DNA of 61,516 nucleotides, counting the filler, from Actinomycetota bacterium (GTDB lineage: Bacteria > Actinomycetota > Acidimicrobiia > IMCC26256 > VFJJ01), in assembly GCA_009886115.1 (NCBI GenBank). It is 5 parts of 5 records of this genome, joined end to end, with 100 filler letters (N's around TTAATTAATTAA, not from the genome) between each part and the next. Parts side by side here need not be neighbours in the genome. Positions count along the whole stretch, not along the records: positions 10,661 to 28,049 come from VFJJ01000184.1; positions 28,150 to 49,243 come from VFJJ01000132.1; 3 more parts are not named here. One strand, written 5' to 3'. Of the stretch, positions 22,001 to 30,007 are shown piece by piece. Positions within the stretch are counted from its first letter, which is position 1. Each line of letters begins with the position of its first letter. Under the pieces are notes generated by a model that made no database searches, had not been told where the DNA came from, and worked only from the letters and a program-made list of their open reading frames with translations. Made by a program: the position numbers and the translations under genes.

Positions 22001-22447
22001 GAGTGCGCCCGCCTGGCCGGCGCCGCGCAGGCCCTGCGCGACTCGATGGGCTACCTGCTGCGTTGGCCGTTCGAGCAGCGGCTGCTCGACGCGGCGATCT
22101 CCGGTGGGCGCGCTGGGCTCGGTGACGAATCGTTCGATTCGGCGTTCGCCGAGGGCCGGTCGCTCGACTGCGCCGCCGCGGTCGCCTATGCGACGAGAGC
22201 CCGCGGTGAACGCCGCCGCCCGTCGACGGGCTGGGCCAGCCTCACCCCGACCGAAGCTGACGTCGCCCGACTCGCCAGCGAGGGCCTCACCAACCGACAG
22301 ATCGGTGAGCGGCTCCTGATGGGCGCCGAAACGGTGAAGACCCACCTCTCGCACGTCTACGACAAGCTCGATGTTCGCAACCGCGCGGCGCTGGCGAACG
22401 TCGTGCTCACCGTGGGTCGGACCCAGCCATCATCACGCCCTGGATGA
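19043..22447 (+). CDS. Class III cyclase-STAND ATPase-LuxR HTH regulator (Rv0386-like architecture)
   Basis: TDIEGST, VEQGEGD, GAGGCGKT, LDNCEH and C-terminal WASLTPTE...GLTNRQIGERL...TVKTHLSHVYDKL. Confidence 0.92.
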   Translation: MTVHALPVSWLDEPMVDGAGPVSPGFSLPVGTVTFLLTDIEGSTRRWEAAPTAMAAAVARHYEILDAAITGHRGVRPVEQGEGDSVVGAFARASDAVAAAVDAQCALSGEHWPDGATVRVRMALHTGEAELRDAGNYFGRAVIRCARLRAIAHGGQIVVSGATADLVVDGLPDGVSLVDAGLHRLRDLGRPERVWQVTHPDVPGGFGPLRSLDVLPNNLPVQLTSFVGRGLELGELRDLLATTRLLSVTGAGGCGKTRLALQLAADVLDRYDGGSWLVELAAVTDPDLVLTAIASGLGERDLAGDLLEIIVGRLGDEPILVVLDNCEHLLDPVAVLTHTLLQRCPNLTVVATTREPLGVPGETAWRVPSLALPARATTLAVGSLSQYDAVRLFLDRATKARPNFRLTNDNAPAVAQICDRLDGIPLAIELAAARVRGMAVEQLAAGLDDRFRLLTGGARTVLPRQQTLQASVDWGYDLLSERERAVFRRLTVFVGGFILDAAEHVAASGGIEAVEVLDILLALVDKSIVVANDDTARYAMLETLRQYGAARLLDAGETPATRDLHLAWAIRFCEQFEVPWNLTRSVQRAQRLEPEIDNLRTAFEWAMVIGDADAAHQIAGDLVMWGNVRGRDAHESVALATRALSLAGARQDLRLLTMAQLLVARSSARDASDDTVELDILLGEAGDIDDDLMRCRVLSQAGLGSFRTPSRSLEFWSSALEAADRTGIAELQSAVAAGLASAHMLTGQRDEAGRLAVGLLDNPDPGTAMLAAHVMMILTVEGGRYDEARRLIDVVEAAPTFPTGPFTARCSVANRRAWIALAQRSDTVETGDTAAAAALLAEARRRRFPVAIQLLGWLPGVHALLGGDAATAVRELVAWRSETPGHTSTFGLLPFDVHALLASDRFDDARTAIQSIRRTLREPIAIIEQPLVHVDGLLARVSGDLAGAERLHHEALALQHAGGWRPDLVHTLEALAGIAAAADSHVECARLAGAAQALRDSMGYLLRWPFEQRLLDAAISGGRAGLGDESFDSAFAEGRSLDCAAAVAYATRARGERRRPSTGWASLTPTEADVARLASEGLTNRQIGERLLMGAETVKTHLSHVYDKLDVRNRAALANVVLTVGRTQPSSRPG

Positions 22448-22496
22448 CCCAGCGCGTCGACCTGCCACGTGCGCAGACCGCGACCAAGGAGCTCCG

Positions 22497-23735
22497 ATGC
22501 GATTCCTGATTACCGCCCACGCCGCTCTGGGTCATCTCCGACCGCTGATCGGCGTCGCTCAGGCGCTCGAGGCGGCGGGCCACACGACCGTCACCGCGAC
22601 CGACAATGTGGCCCGAGACGACCTGGCGGCCGCCGGCCTACCGTTGCGTGCCCTGCCAACCACCGACGGCTTCAAGGGCATCACAGACGACGGGATCGTG
22701 CAATCCGCGACCGTGCTGTCCCCGGCTGAACGGCCGGCCTTTGCGCTTCGCTACTTCGTGGATCGAGCCGTGGCGTGGACACCTGCCATCGTGGAGCTGA
22801 TCGAGGAGCTCGCACCCGATGTGATCGTGCGCGAGACGTCGTTCTGGGCCTCATGGCTCGCCGGCGAGATCACCGGGGTCCCCGTGGCCATGTTCAGCTT
22901 CACGCCCGTGGTGAGCGGCTCGACACTCGACTTGGTATCTGGGAATCGGTTCGCGGATGCGTTGGCTCGCTTCGGGTGCCCCGCAGACCCGGACCTCACG
23001 TCAATGACACGGTGGCTCACCCTCCTGGGTTTTCCACCGAGCTGGATCGGGCCGGAACCTGCACTGGAACCGACGACCCATCTCGTGCAGCCGCCCGAGC
23101 CGGAAGAGATCGACGACGGCCGGGTCGCCGCATTGATCGCCGACCTGCCCGACCGTCCCACGGTCTATGTCACGTTGGGGACGACCTTCAACGCCACGCC
23201 TGGCGCGTTTGCCATGGTGCTCGCCGGCTTGCACGAGCTCGACGTCAACGTCATCGCCACGACCGGCCGTTCGCTCGATCCCGCGTCGTTGGGCCCGCAG
23301 CCGGCGCACATCCGCCTCGCCGAGTTCATCCCCCAACGTCTGCTCCTCCCCCATTGCGACGCGGTCGTCGCTCACGGCGGTTACGGTTCGCTCATGGGCG
23401 CGCTCCAACACGGTCTGCCTGTCGTCTCCGTGCCGCTGGCGGCCGCAGACAACATCAGCAAGGCCTCCCGATTGGCCGAGCTGGGTGCGGGGATCGCCGT
23501 GCACGAGGAGGTGCGATCGCCCCGAGCCGTCCACGAAGCCGTGAGCGCCGTGTTGCACGACGGCAGCTACCGGGCCGCAGCACGCGCGCTCGCCGACGAG
23601 ATCGCCGCACTTCCCTCCCCGGCGGCCGTGGTCGGACTTCTCGAACAGCTCGGCAGCACCCGCGCACCAGTCGAATCGCGAGGCCCTGATCGTCGGCCAT
23701 CGGTACGAGGAGATGGCTCATGCGTGTGCTCGTGA
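22497..23735 (+). CDS. GT1-family glycosyltransferase (EryCIII/MGT-like)
   Basis: GHLRPL, VYVTLGT, IPQ..LL..CDAVVAHGGYGS; AAGGAG RBS. Confidence 0.9.
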   Translation: MRFLITAHAALGHLRPLIGVAQALEAAGHTTVTATDNVARDDLAAAGLPLRALPTTDGFKGITDDGIVQSATVLSPAERPAFALRYFVDRAVAWTPAIVELIEELAPDVIVRETSFWASWLAGEITGVPVAMFSFTPVVSGSTLDLVSGNRFADALARFGCPADPDLTSMTRWLTLLGFPPSWIGPEPALEPTTHLVQPPEPEEIDDGRVAALIADLPDRPTVYVTLGTTFNATPGAFAMVLAGLHELDVNVIATTGRSLDPASLGPQPAHIRLAEFIPQRLLLPHCDAVVAHGGYGSLMGALQHGLPVVSVPLAAADNISKASRLAELGAGIAVHEEVRSPRAVHEAVSAVLHDGSYRAAARALADEIAALPSPAAVVGLLEQLGSTRAPVESRGPDRRPSVRGDGSCVCS

Positions 23736-24922
23736 CGGCCAACGGGGCGACGGGACACCTCCGCCCGATGCTGGGGTTGGCGCAAGGACTCGAAGCTGCC
23801 GGCTTGGAGGCGATCGTCGTCACTGATGTCGCCAAGACAGAGAGTCCCGAGCTCGGCGATCTGGCGAGCCGCGTACTCCCCGATGTGAATGAGGAGATCG
23901 GAATCGATCGCGCCGCGTTCATCGCATCTCAGATCAGTCGGGCGCCAGCCGAGCGGTCGGCAGCAGCATTGCGGTACTTCCTGGCGAAGTCCGAAGCCTG
24001 GCTGCCGACGCTGACCGGACTGATCGACGAGCTCCGGCCCGACGTGATCGTTCGCGAGTCCACCTTCTGGGGTTCATGGCTCGCGGGCGAGCTGACGGAG
24101 ACGCCAGTCGCCACGTTCAACTTCCATCCGCCTAGGCCAGCCTCCCGGCTCGATGCCATCGCTGGCGGCGAGTTCAGTGCAGCACGCGCCCGCGCCGGAC
24201 TGCCCGAGGACCCCGAGCTGTCGTCGATCGACCGCTGGCTCACCTTGGTCGGTCTCCCGGCCAGCTGGATCGGCACTGACCAGCCGCGACGCCCGACGAC
24301 CCACCTGATCCAACCGCCCGAACCCGAGACGACCGACGACGGCTCCGTCGACGAGCTGCTTTCCGGGCTGCCAGACCGGCCGACGGTGTACGTCACGCTG
24401 GGGACGACCTTCAACGGTGAACCCGGCGTCTTCGAGATGGTGCTCGACGGTCTGCACGACGTCGACGCCAACGTCATCGCGACGACGGGCCGTTCGATCG
24501 ACCCTGCGTCGTTCGGCCAGCAACCCGAGCATGTGCGACTGACCCGCTATGTCCCGCAGGGACCGCTGCTGTCCCGTTGCGACGCCGTCGTCGCTCACGG
24601 CGGATACGGATCGTTGATGGGTGCACTCAAGCACGGCCTGCCTGTGGTGTCGGTGCCCCTCGCCGCGTCCGACAACAACACCAACGCCTCGCGCTTGGCA
24701 CAACTCGGCGCCGGGATCGCCATCCACCACCACGCACGCTCGCCCCGAGCGGTCACCAACGCCGTGCGCGCCGTACTCGACGACGGCCGCTACCAAGCCG
24801 CCGCACGGGCTCTGGCCGACGAGATCGCGGCGCTCCCGTCCCCGACCGACACCGCGAAGCTGCTCGAACAACTCGGTCAGACCCGCGCGCCCGTCGAGTT
24901 GCCGTGGCCGGTACGAGAGTGA
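23720..24922 (+). CDS. GT1-family glycosyltransferase, paralog of the upstream gene
   Basis: GHLRPM, VYVTLGTTFN, VPQ, AHGGYGS; GAGGAG RBS. Confidence 0.9.
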   Translation: MRVLVTANGATGHLRPMLGLAQGLEAAGLEAIVVTDVAKTESPELGDLASRVLPDVNEEIGIDRAAFIASQISRAPAERSAAALRYFLAKSEAWLPTLTGLIDELRPDVIVRESTFWGSWLAGELTETPVATFNFHPPRPASRLDAIAGGEFSAARARAGLPEDPELSSIDRWLTLVGLPASWIGTDQPRRPTTHLIQPPEPETTDDGSVDELLSGLPDRPTVYVTLGTTFNGEPGVFEMVLDGLHDVDANVIATTGRSIDPASFGQQPEHVRLTRYVPQGPLLSRCDAVVAHGGYGSLMGALKHGLPVVSVPLAASDNNTNASRLAQLGAGIAIHHHARSPRAVTNAVRAVLDDGRYQAAARALADEIAALPSPTDTAKLLEQLGQTRAPVELPWPVRE

Positions 24923-25120
24923 TGACCTCTGCGTGCGCTCGTGGCCGCACCGTCGCCAGGATCGTCCTCGGCCGGGGCCACCCGGTCCCAGGCAGGAACG
25001 GTGCCACATGCGCCCGAGCAACCTTCCTCGGAGGTGAACGGATGACCGTCACGTTGGACAACGTTCGCGGCTTGGCTCGCAGCATCGTGGAGCGGGCGGC
25101 TGAGATTGAGCGGGGTTTGG

Positions 25121-25969
25121 ATGATGAGTGACGAGCCGGTGGTAGCGGTGGGCGACAAGGCTGACGCGAAAGCACGCGTGCTCAGTATGTTCACAGAGAT
25201 GGCACCCACCTACGGCGCTGGCGCAGACCTCTTCGATGTTTTTGGCCGAGCACTTGTCGACGCAGCGGCAATACAACCTGGTGAACTCGTGCTGGACCTC
25301 GCATGCGGGCGCGGCGCGTGCCTGCGACCCGCGTCCCAAGCTGTGGGTGTCGGTGGCCACGTTGTCGGTCTTGACCTGTCGCCAAGGATGGTCGAATTGA
25401 CCGCCGACGAACTCCGCCGGGACGAGGTCGCAAACGCCGAGGTTCGGGTCGGCGACGCCGAGCACCTCGATTTCGCCGACGAATCCTTCGACGTGCTGAC
25501 GTGCGGATTCGGCGTGTTCTTTTTTCCCCAGCCCGCCGCGTCGATAGAGGCCCGACGCGTCCTGCGCGCCGGTGGTCGCTTCGCCGCGTCGACCTTCACC
25601 GACACCCTGCTCGACTACCCATGGCTTCCCGAAGTTATCGAAGAAATCGGTCTGCCGAATGAGATGCGAACTCGTTCCGGGCAGACAGCGCCGTTGCTGA
25701 AAGCAGACGGACTCTCGCAGATCCTCTCGGATGTGGGGTTCGAACGCGTGGCAATCACGAGTAGCGAGCATCGGTTCGTCTTTCCAGACGTCGACGGTTA
25801 CCTGCTCTGGGTGCGGTCCCACGCGTTTGGTGCGCTCCTCAGCCGGCTCAGCGAGCGCGATCTGCGACGCTTCCGTGACGGATGCGAGCGACGGCTCCGG
25901 GACCACGAGGCAGCGGACGGTTACGAGCTCGTCAAACGAGTCCACTTGACCGTGGCGCATTGCCCCTGA
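25121..25969 (+). CDS. Class I SAM-dependent methyltransferase
   Basis: VLDLACGRG, GLDLSPRM, GDAEHLDFADESFD, RRVLRAGG. Confidence 0.88.
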   Translation: MMSDEPVVAVGDKADAKARVLSMFTEMAPTYGAGADLFDVFGRALVDAAAIQPGELVLDLACGRGACLRPASQAVGVGGHVVGLDLSPRMVELTADELRRDEVANAEVRVGDAEHLDFADESFDVLTCGFGVFFFPQPAASIEARRVLRAGGRFAASTFTDTLLDYPWLPEVIEEIGLPNEMRTRSGQTAPLLKADGLSQILSDVGFERVAITSSEHRFVFPDVDGYLLWVRSHAFGALLSRLSERDLRRFRDGCERRLRDHEAADGYELVKRVHLTVAHCP

Positions 25970-25999
25970 CGCCGTCGCACACGTACCCGAGGAGCTGAC

Positions 26000-27406
26000 A
26001 TGACGTCCGATCCAACTCGACGCCAACCGCTTCGCTCGACGCCGGTCGTCACTGAGACGGGCGATCAGCAGTTGAACGGGGCGGCGGTGCCGGTCGCGGA
26101 ACCGAACGACAAGGCGACGATGGGCACGTCGGCAGAAACCAGTGGTCGTACAGCCGTCGGCGTCGATCTCACGGATCATGATCTGTACCGGGGCGGTTTT
26201 CCTCACGAACTGTTCGTCGAGTTGCGTGGCCGGGGAGCGGTGTTGTGGCACGCGCCGGCGGTTCCCCGACCGGGCGGGGCATCGATCGGGTTCTGGGTTG
26301 TTGTTCGCCACGCTGAGGTTCAGCGTGTGAGCCGTGACTCGGAGGCGTTCTCGGCGGCGGACGGCCCGAGCATCGTGGCGTCCCCGGCGCTGAGGGGTCA
26401 TACCCTCACGCATTCCGACGGGCATGATCACACGCGCCTTCGCACATTGATCAGCGCCGGCTTCACGCCACGGATGATCGGCCGGTTAGAGGATCAGATT
26501 CGGATCCGGACCCGCGAGATCCTCGACGTCGTTGCCGGCATGGGCGAGTGTGAATTCGTGCGCGACATCGCGTACCTGCTGCCGATGCAGCTCATCGGCG
26601 ACATCATCGGGATACCCGAAGCCGACCGGTCCTGGGTGTTCGCCCAGACCGATGCGATCATCGGTGGCGCGAGCTCGGCGCCCGTCGGGGCGAGCGAAGC
26701 GGAGCGGCAGCTCTTCGCATATGCGCAGCAACTGGGCGAGGCGAAGCGGCGCCAACCAGCTGACGATGTGTGGAGCCTGCTCGCGGCGGCCGAGATCGAC
26801 AAGAACGAGGGGGCCTCGCTGTCGGGGCTGGAGCTGGACTTCTTCTTCGCGATCCTGTCGATCGCGGGCAGCGAGACCACCCGCAACGCGATCTCGCACG
26901 GACTCCTCGCCTTGCTGGACCACCCCGAGCAGCTGGCGTCGTTGCGGGCGGCGTCGCTCGGTGGCGACACCCACCTGCTCGACACCGCAACGGAGGAGAT
27001 CATTCGCTGGGCGAGCCCGGTAACGTGTTTCAGCCGCTCCGCCACCCGCGATGTCGAGCTCGGCGGCGCGGAGATCCGCGCCGGCGACCGCGTCACCGTC
27101 TGGTATCCGTCGGCCAACCGTGACGAGCGGGCGTTCGACGATCCCTTCCGGTTCGACATCACGCGCTCACCCAATCCGCACGTGTCGTTCGGTGGTGCCG
27201 GATCGCACTACTGCCTGGGTGCCCACCTCGCCCGCCGGGAAGTACGCGTCATGTTCGAGCAGCTCCTGACGCGCTTCGAGGGGATCGAAGTGACCGGGCC
27301 GGTCACCCACAACGTGAACGGTCTGGCACACTCGATCGCCGTGTCGGTCAAGCATGTGCCGGTTCGCCTCGTCACCCGACCATCATCACGGACCCCGGGA
27401 GCATGA
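26000..27406 (+). CDS. Cytochrome P450, paralog of 14038-15312
   Basis: IAGSETTRN, EEIIR, FGGAGSHYCLG; GAGGAG RBS. Confidence 0.92.
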   Translation: MTSDPTRRQPLRSTPVVTETGDQQLNGAAVPVAEPNDKATMGTSAETSGRTAVGVDLTDHDLYRGGFPHELFVELRGRGAVLWHAPAVPRPGGASIGFWVVVRHAEVQRVSRDSEAFSAADGPSIVASPALRGHTLTHSDGHDHTRLRTLISAGFTPRMIGRLEDQIRIRTREILDVVAGMGECEFVRDIAYLLPMQLIGDIIGIPEADRSWVFAQTDAIIGGASSAPVGASEAERQLFAYAQQLGEAKRRQPADDVWSLLAAAEIDKNEGASLSGLELDFFFAILSIAGSETTRNAISHGLLALLDHPEQLASLRAASLGGDTHLLDTATEEIIRWASPVTCFSRSATRDVELGGAEIRAGDRVTVWYPSANRDERAFDDPFRFDITRSPNPHVSFGGAGSHYCLGAHLARREVRVMFEQLLTRFEGIEVTGPVTHNVNGLAHSIAVSVKHVPVRLVTRPSSRTPGA

Positions 27407-27489
27407 CCATGACGTCCGTTGCAACCCGTCGAGCTCGTGAAACCAGCCGGCGATCGTCGACGGCGTCGAGCACCGCGTGACGCGGTGTA

Positions 27490-27717
27490 CGAGCGGCCTC
27501 CAGGTAGGCGTCGAGCCGTTGAGCCACGACATCCTCGGGGAGCGAGCTGGCCCAGCTCGCGTAGCCCGACGCCAGCACGAGGCTGCGCGGGACGCTCGGC
27601 GCGATCCGGTACAGCTCGAGGGCAACGCCGCTGCCCCATGACAGGCCCAGCAGATGCGGCCGTTCCAGCTCCAGCCGCTCGATGAACGTGGCCAGGTGCG
27701 CAGCTACCTCGCTCGTG
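27490..27717 (-). pseudogene. Alpha/beta-hydrolase fragment truncated by an IS
   Basis: FIERLELERPHLLGLSWGSGVALEL (GxSxG) abuts the IS end at 27718. Confidence 0.65.
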
Positions 27718-28049
27718 TGTCAGCCGTCACGGAATTCCCTCGAGTGATGTGCTTTCCCGTCACGTAATTCCCTGTTCCTCTGTCACGGAATTCCCTGGTG
27801 GGTGGGGGTCCCTCGTTCCGGCTGCAGGTCCGTTGAGCATTCCTCCTGGTCGGATCGACGAGGAGGGGGACACGTGCAAGGAGAACGTTCATGGTCAGTG
27901 ATGTTGTGGAGATCCTCATGCATTGGCATGCGGGCCGGAAGTCGTGGTTGCCGGAGGGCACGGTCGCGGCGGTGGTTGCTGACACGCAGACGAACCGGCC
28001 TGATGATGGTTCGACGCATTGGTCGACCCGGCTGATGGCTGCTCGTCAC
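27718..28049 (+). mobile_element. IS21-family left end with the istA start, joined to an IS630-like transposase fragment
   Basis: TGT terminus; three GTCACG(G/T)AATTCCCT repeats (27726, 27759, 27782); RRTFMVSDVVEILMHWHAGR followed by PDDGSTHWSTRLMA. Confidence 0.75.
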
Positions 28050-28149
28050 NNNNNNNNNNNNNNNNNNNNNNNNNNNNNNNNNNNNNNNNNNNNTTAATTA
28101 ATTAANNNNNNNNNNNNNNNNNNNNNNNNNNNNNNNNNNNNNNNNNNNN
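28050..28149. other. Artificial contig linker
   Basis: N-run with TTAATTAATTAA. Confidence 0.98.
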
Positions 28150-28286
28150 ATCCAAGAGATCTCAGCCGACCCAACGCCACCCGCCGGGGACGAGCCGCGA
28201 CCGACCAAGCGCAACCGTTGAACCCTCAACAGAACCCCGTCAGGCCTGACACGCCCTCGACAGGAACTCGTCAAGACCTCGACGCG

Positions 28287-28300
28287 TCAAGATAGGTTGA
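28287..28300 (+). promoter_or_regulatory. Putative operator (TCAA-N6-TTGA) overlapping a TAGGTT -10 box of the TA operon
   Basis: Palindrome read directly; the -10 box lies 6 nt before ATG 28305, consistent with a leaderless transcript. Confidence 0.45.
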
Positions 28301-28304
28301 TACA

Positions 28305-28526
28305 ATGGACCCGGTGATTCTGGCCAGTGCCCGAAGACACGGGATCACCGACGAAGACATGCTGCACGCCTACCGCAACCCGATCCGAGTCTTTGAACGC
28401 GACGACCTGACCATCCTCGTGGGGGCCGACAGCGCAGGGCGCCTCCTGGAGGTCGGCGTCGCGACGAGTGAGGGCATCGACTTCGTCGTCCACGCCATGC
28501 CCGTACGACCCAAGTTCCTGAGGTGA
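28305..28526 (+). CDS. Putative type II toxin (RelE/BrnT-like small RNase)
   Basis: 73 aa; SARRHGITDEDMLHA...GRLLEVG...VVHAM..RPKF pattern; overlaps the downstream HTH gene. Confidence 0.7.
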   Translation: MDPVILASARRHGITDEDMLHAYRNPIRVFERDDLTILVGADSAGRLLEVGVATSEGIDFVVHAMPVRPKFLR

Positions 28527-28804
28527 TCACCGTGCCCCGATCCATCCAAGAGATCCTCGACCACGCCGACGAGCTCGCGACACAGTTCGAGAACTACGAA
28601 CCCGCCCCAGAGGACGAGCAACCCGTCGAGGAGTACCTGCTGCGACGTGCCGTCCTCGCTCGAGCCCGCAGCGAACGCCAGATCATCGAGGCCGTCGACG
28701 CCGCGCGAGCGGCCGGCATCCCATGGAATCGCATCGGCAAGCTGCTCGGCACCTCAGCGCAGGCAGCACACCAGCGCTACAGCGTCCCGACGGAACGAGC
28801 CTGA
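28523..28804 (+). CDS. Putative antitoxin with a C-terminal HTH
   Basis: Acidic N-terminus; ARAAGIPWNRIGKLLGTSAQAAHQRY; GTGA overlap with the toxin stop. Confidence 0.7.
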   Translation: MITVPRSIQEILDHADELATQFENYEPAPEDEQPVEEYLLRRAVLARARSERQIIEAVDAARAAGIPWNRIGKLLGTSAQAAHQRYSVPTERA

Positions 28805-29089
28805 CCCGACCAGCGTCGGACCAGCGCACGATCACATCTCGCCCGCCGACGTGCCCGACAAGAGATTGCGGCCGATCTCCTTGTGGCGCTCGCTCAGATC
28901 ATCACGACCCGAACGACCGATCGCGATGAAGCTCAGTCGGTCGCGCGGAGCGGGGAGCCCTCTCCGAGACGGCCTCGACCACAACCTGGTTGGGGCTCGA
29001 CCCCCGAGCAGCCGCCTCGGCGCTGACACACTCGGCAAGGTCATCAGAAGCTGCACGGTCAGCCTCACGGTCGCCAGTGTGGAGCCGGC

Positions 29090-29111
29090 AACGTAGCCAC
29101 AAACGTAGCCA
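29090..29111 (+). repeat. Direct repeat AACGTAGCCA x2 (candidate integrase arm-type sites)
   Basis: 10-bp copies at 29090 and 29102, about 180 bp from the tRNA fragment. Confidence 0.55.
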
Positions 29112-29288
29112 GGCACGCCGAACGCAGGATCGCCGGACAGGGCAGCACAGCAACGCTCCCGGCCGCATGGCCCATCACTCAGCGACACCGGAGAGTGCTT
29201 GCGACCAGGGAGTTCGCGGTCGGACGGAGCAACATCCCGACGGACCAAACAGCACTGCGCCGCACCATGCGGACGGCCTCTGAGCTGC

Positions 29289-29330
29289 ATGGCATACAAG
29301 AGGTAGGGAGTTCGAAGCTCCTCAGCTCCA
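29289..29330 (+). pseudogene. 3' half of tRNA-Ala(GGC), probable att site
   Basis: Anticodon loop ATGGCAT, T arm GGGAG-TTCGAAG-CTCCT and acceptor strand CAGCTCCA; no GGGGCTG 5' strand or D arm upstream. Confidence 0.8.
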
Positions 29331-29338
29331 CACCAAAA

Positions 29339-29367
29339 CCCCAGGCCAGCCCCTCGCTGGCCTGGGG
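29339..29367 (+). terminator. GC-rich hairpin after the tRNA fragment
   Basis: 12-bp perfect stem CCCCAGGCCAGC/GCTGGCCTGGGG with a 5-nt loop. Confidence 0.7.
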
Positions 29368-29470
29368 GTCGTCGCGTCCCGGCGGGCACGCGACACCACC
29401 AGTTGAGAGGGCCCGTTCGCTCCCCGTCAGCATCGGCGCTCAGTCGAGCCATCTCAGAAGTGGGCCTGGC

Positions 29471-29750
29471 GTGACGCAATGGCCGACGGTGCCGTGGTAC
29501 GAGAACGCGGAGCGGTGGACGTGAGTGGGCCCGGTTCCCTGACGGTTCGCGCCGCAAGGTCGAACGGATGTGGAAGCGCGACGCCCAGAAGGATCTCGAC
29601 GATCTCGTTACGCTGCGGGCCACCGGCGCCCGTCGAGCCCGCCACGAGCCCCTCGCGACTTTCGAGCAGGTCATTGACGGCTGGCTCGACGCCGGCGCAC
29701 AAACGGCGCAGCCGGGTGCCGTCGTGCGCGGGATCGGGCGGAGGCGCTGA
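29471..29750 (+). pseudogene. Possible N-terminal remnant of a tyrosine integrase
   Basis: WARFPDGSRRKVER..KRDAQKDLDDL...TFEQVIDGWL resembles arm-binding N-termini; frameshifted; no catalytic domain. Confidence 0.45.
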
Positions 29751-30007
29751 AGTAAAGGTCGAATGGCGGTCGCTCGGATCCGGGGCTGTTCCAGGCTCGA
29801 ACTCGTCATCGGTGCGACGGTGGGTGGAGGACATGGTGGACGCCCTACGACGCCCGCATGCCGTGGGGCCCAGCCGATGGTGAGACCGACGAGCTGCTGG
29901 CGTCGACCGGGTCTGTCGGGCTCGAAGCAGACCTCGGCGACCCGACCGCGCGGTCACGGTTGGGGCGAGCCCCGGAACGCGGTGCTACCGCGCTCAGCTG
30001 ATGGTGC

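Noticed and set aside
27726..27796. Three spaced 15-bp repeats as a mini CRISPR array
   Set aside because: The repeats and spacers (18 and 8 nt) are too short, there are no cas genes, and they fit IS21 terminal repeats.
28850..29070. Possible integrase C-terminal remnant before the arm-type repeats
   Set aside because: No recognisable HxxR or catalytic Tyr motif; position alone is insufficient.
29258..29335. Functional tRNA-Ala gene
   Set aside because: The 5' acceptor strand, D arm and 5' anticodon stem are missing.
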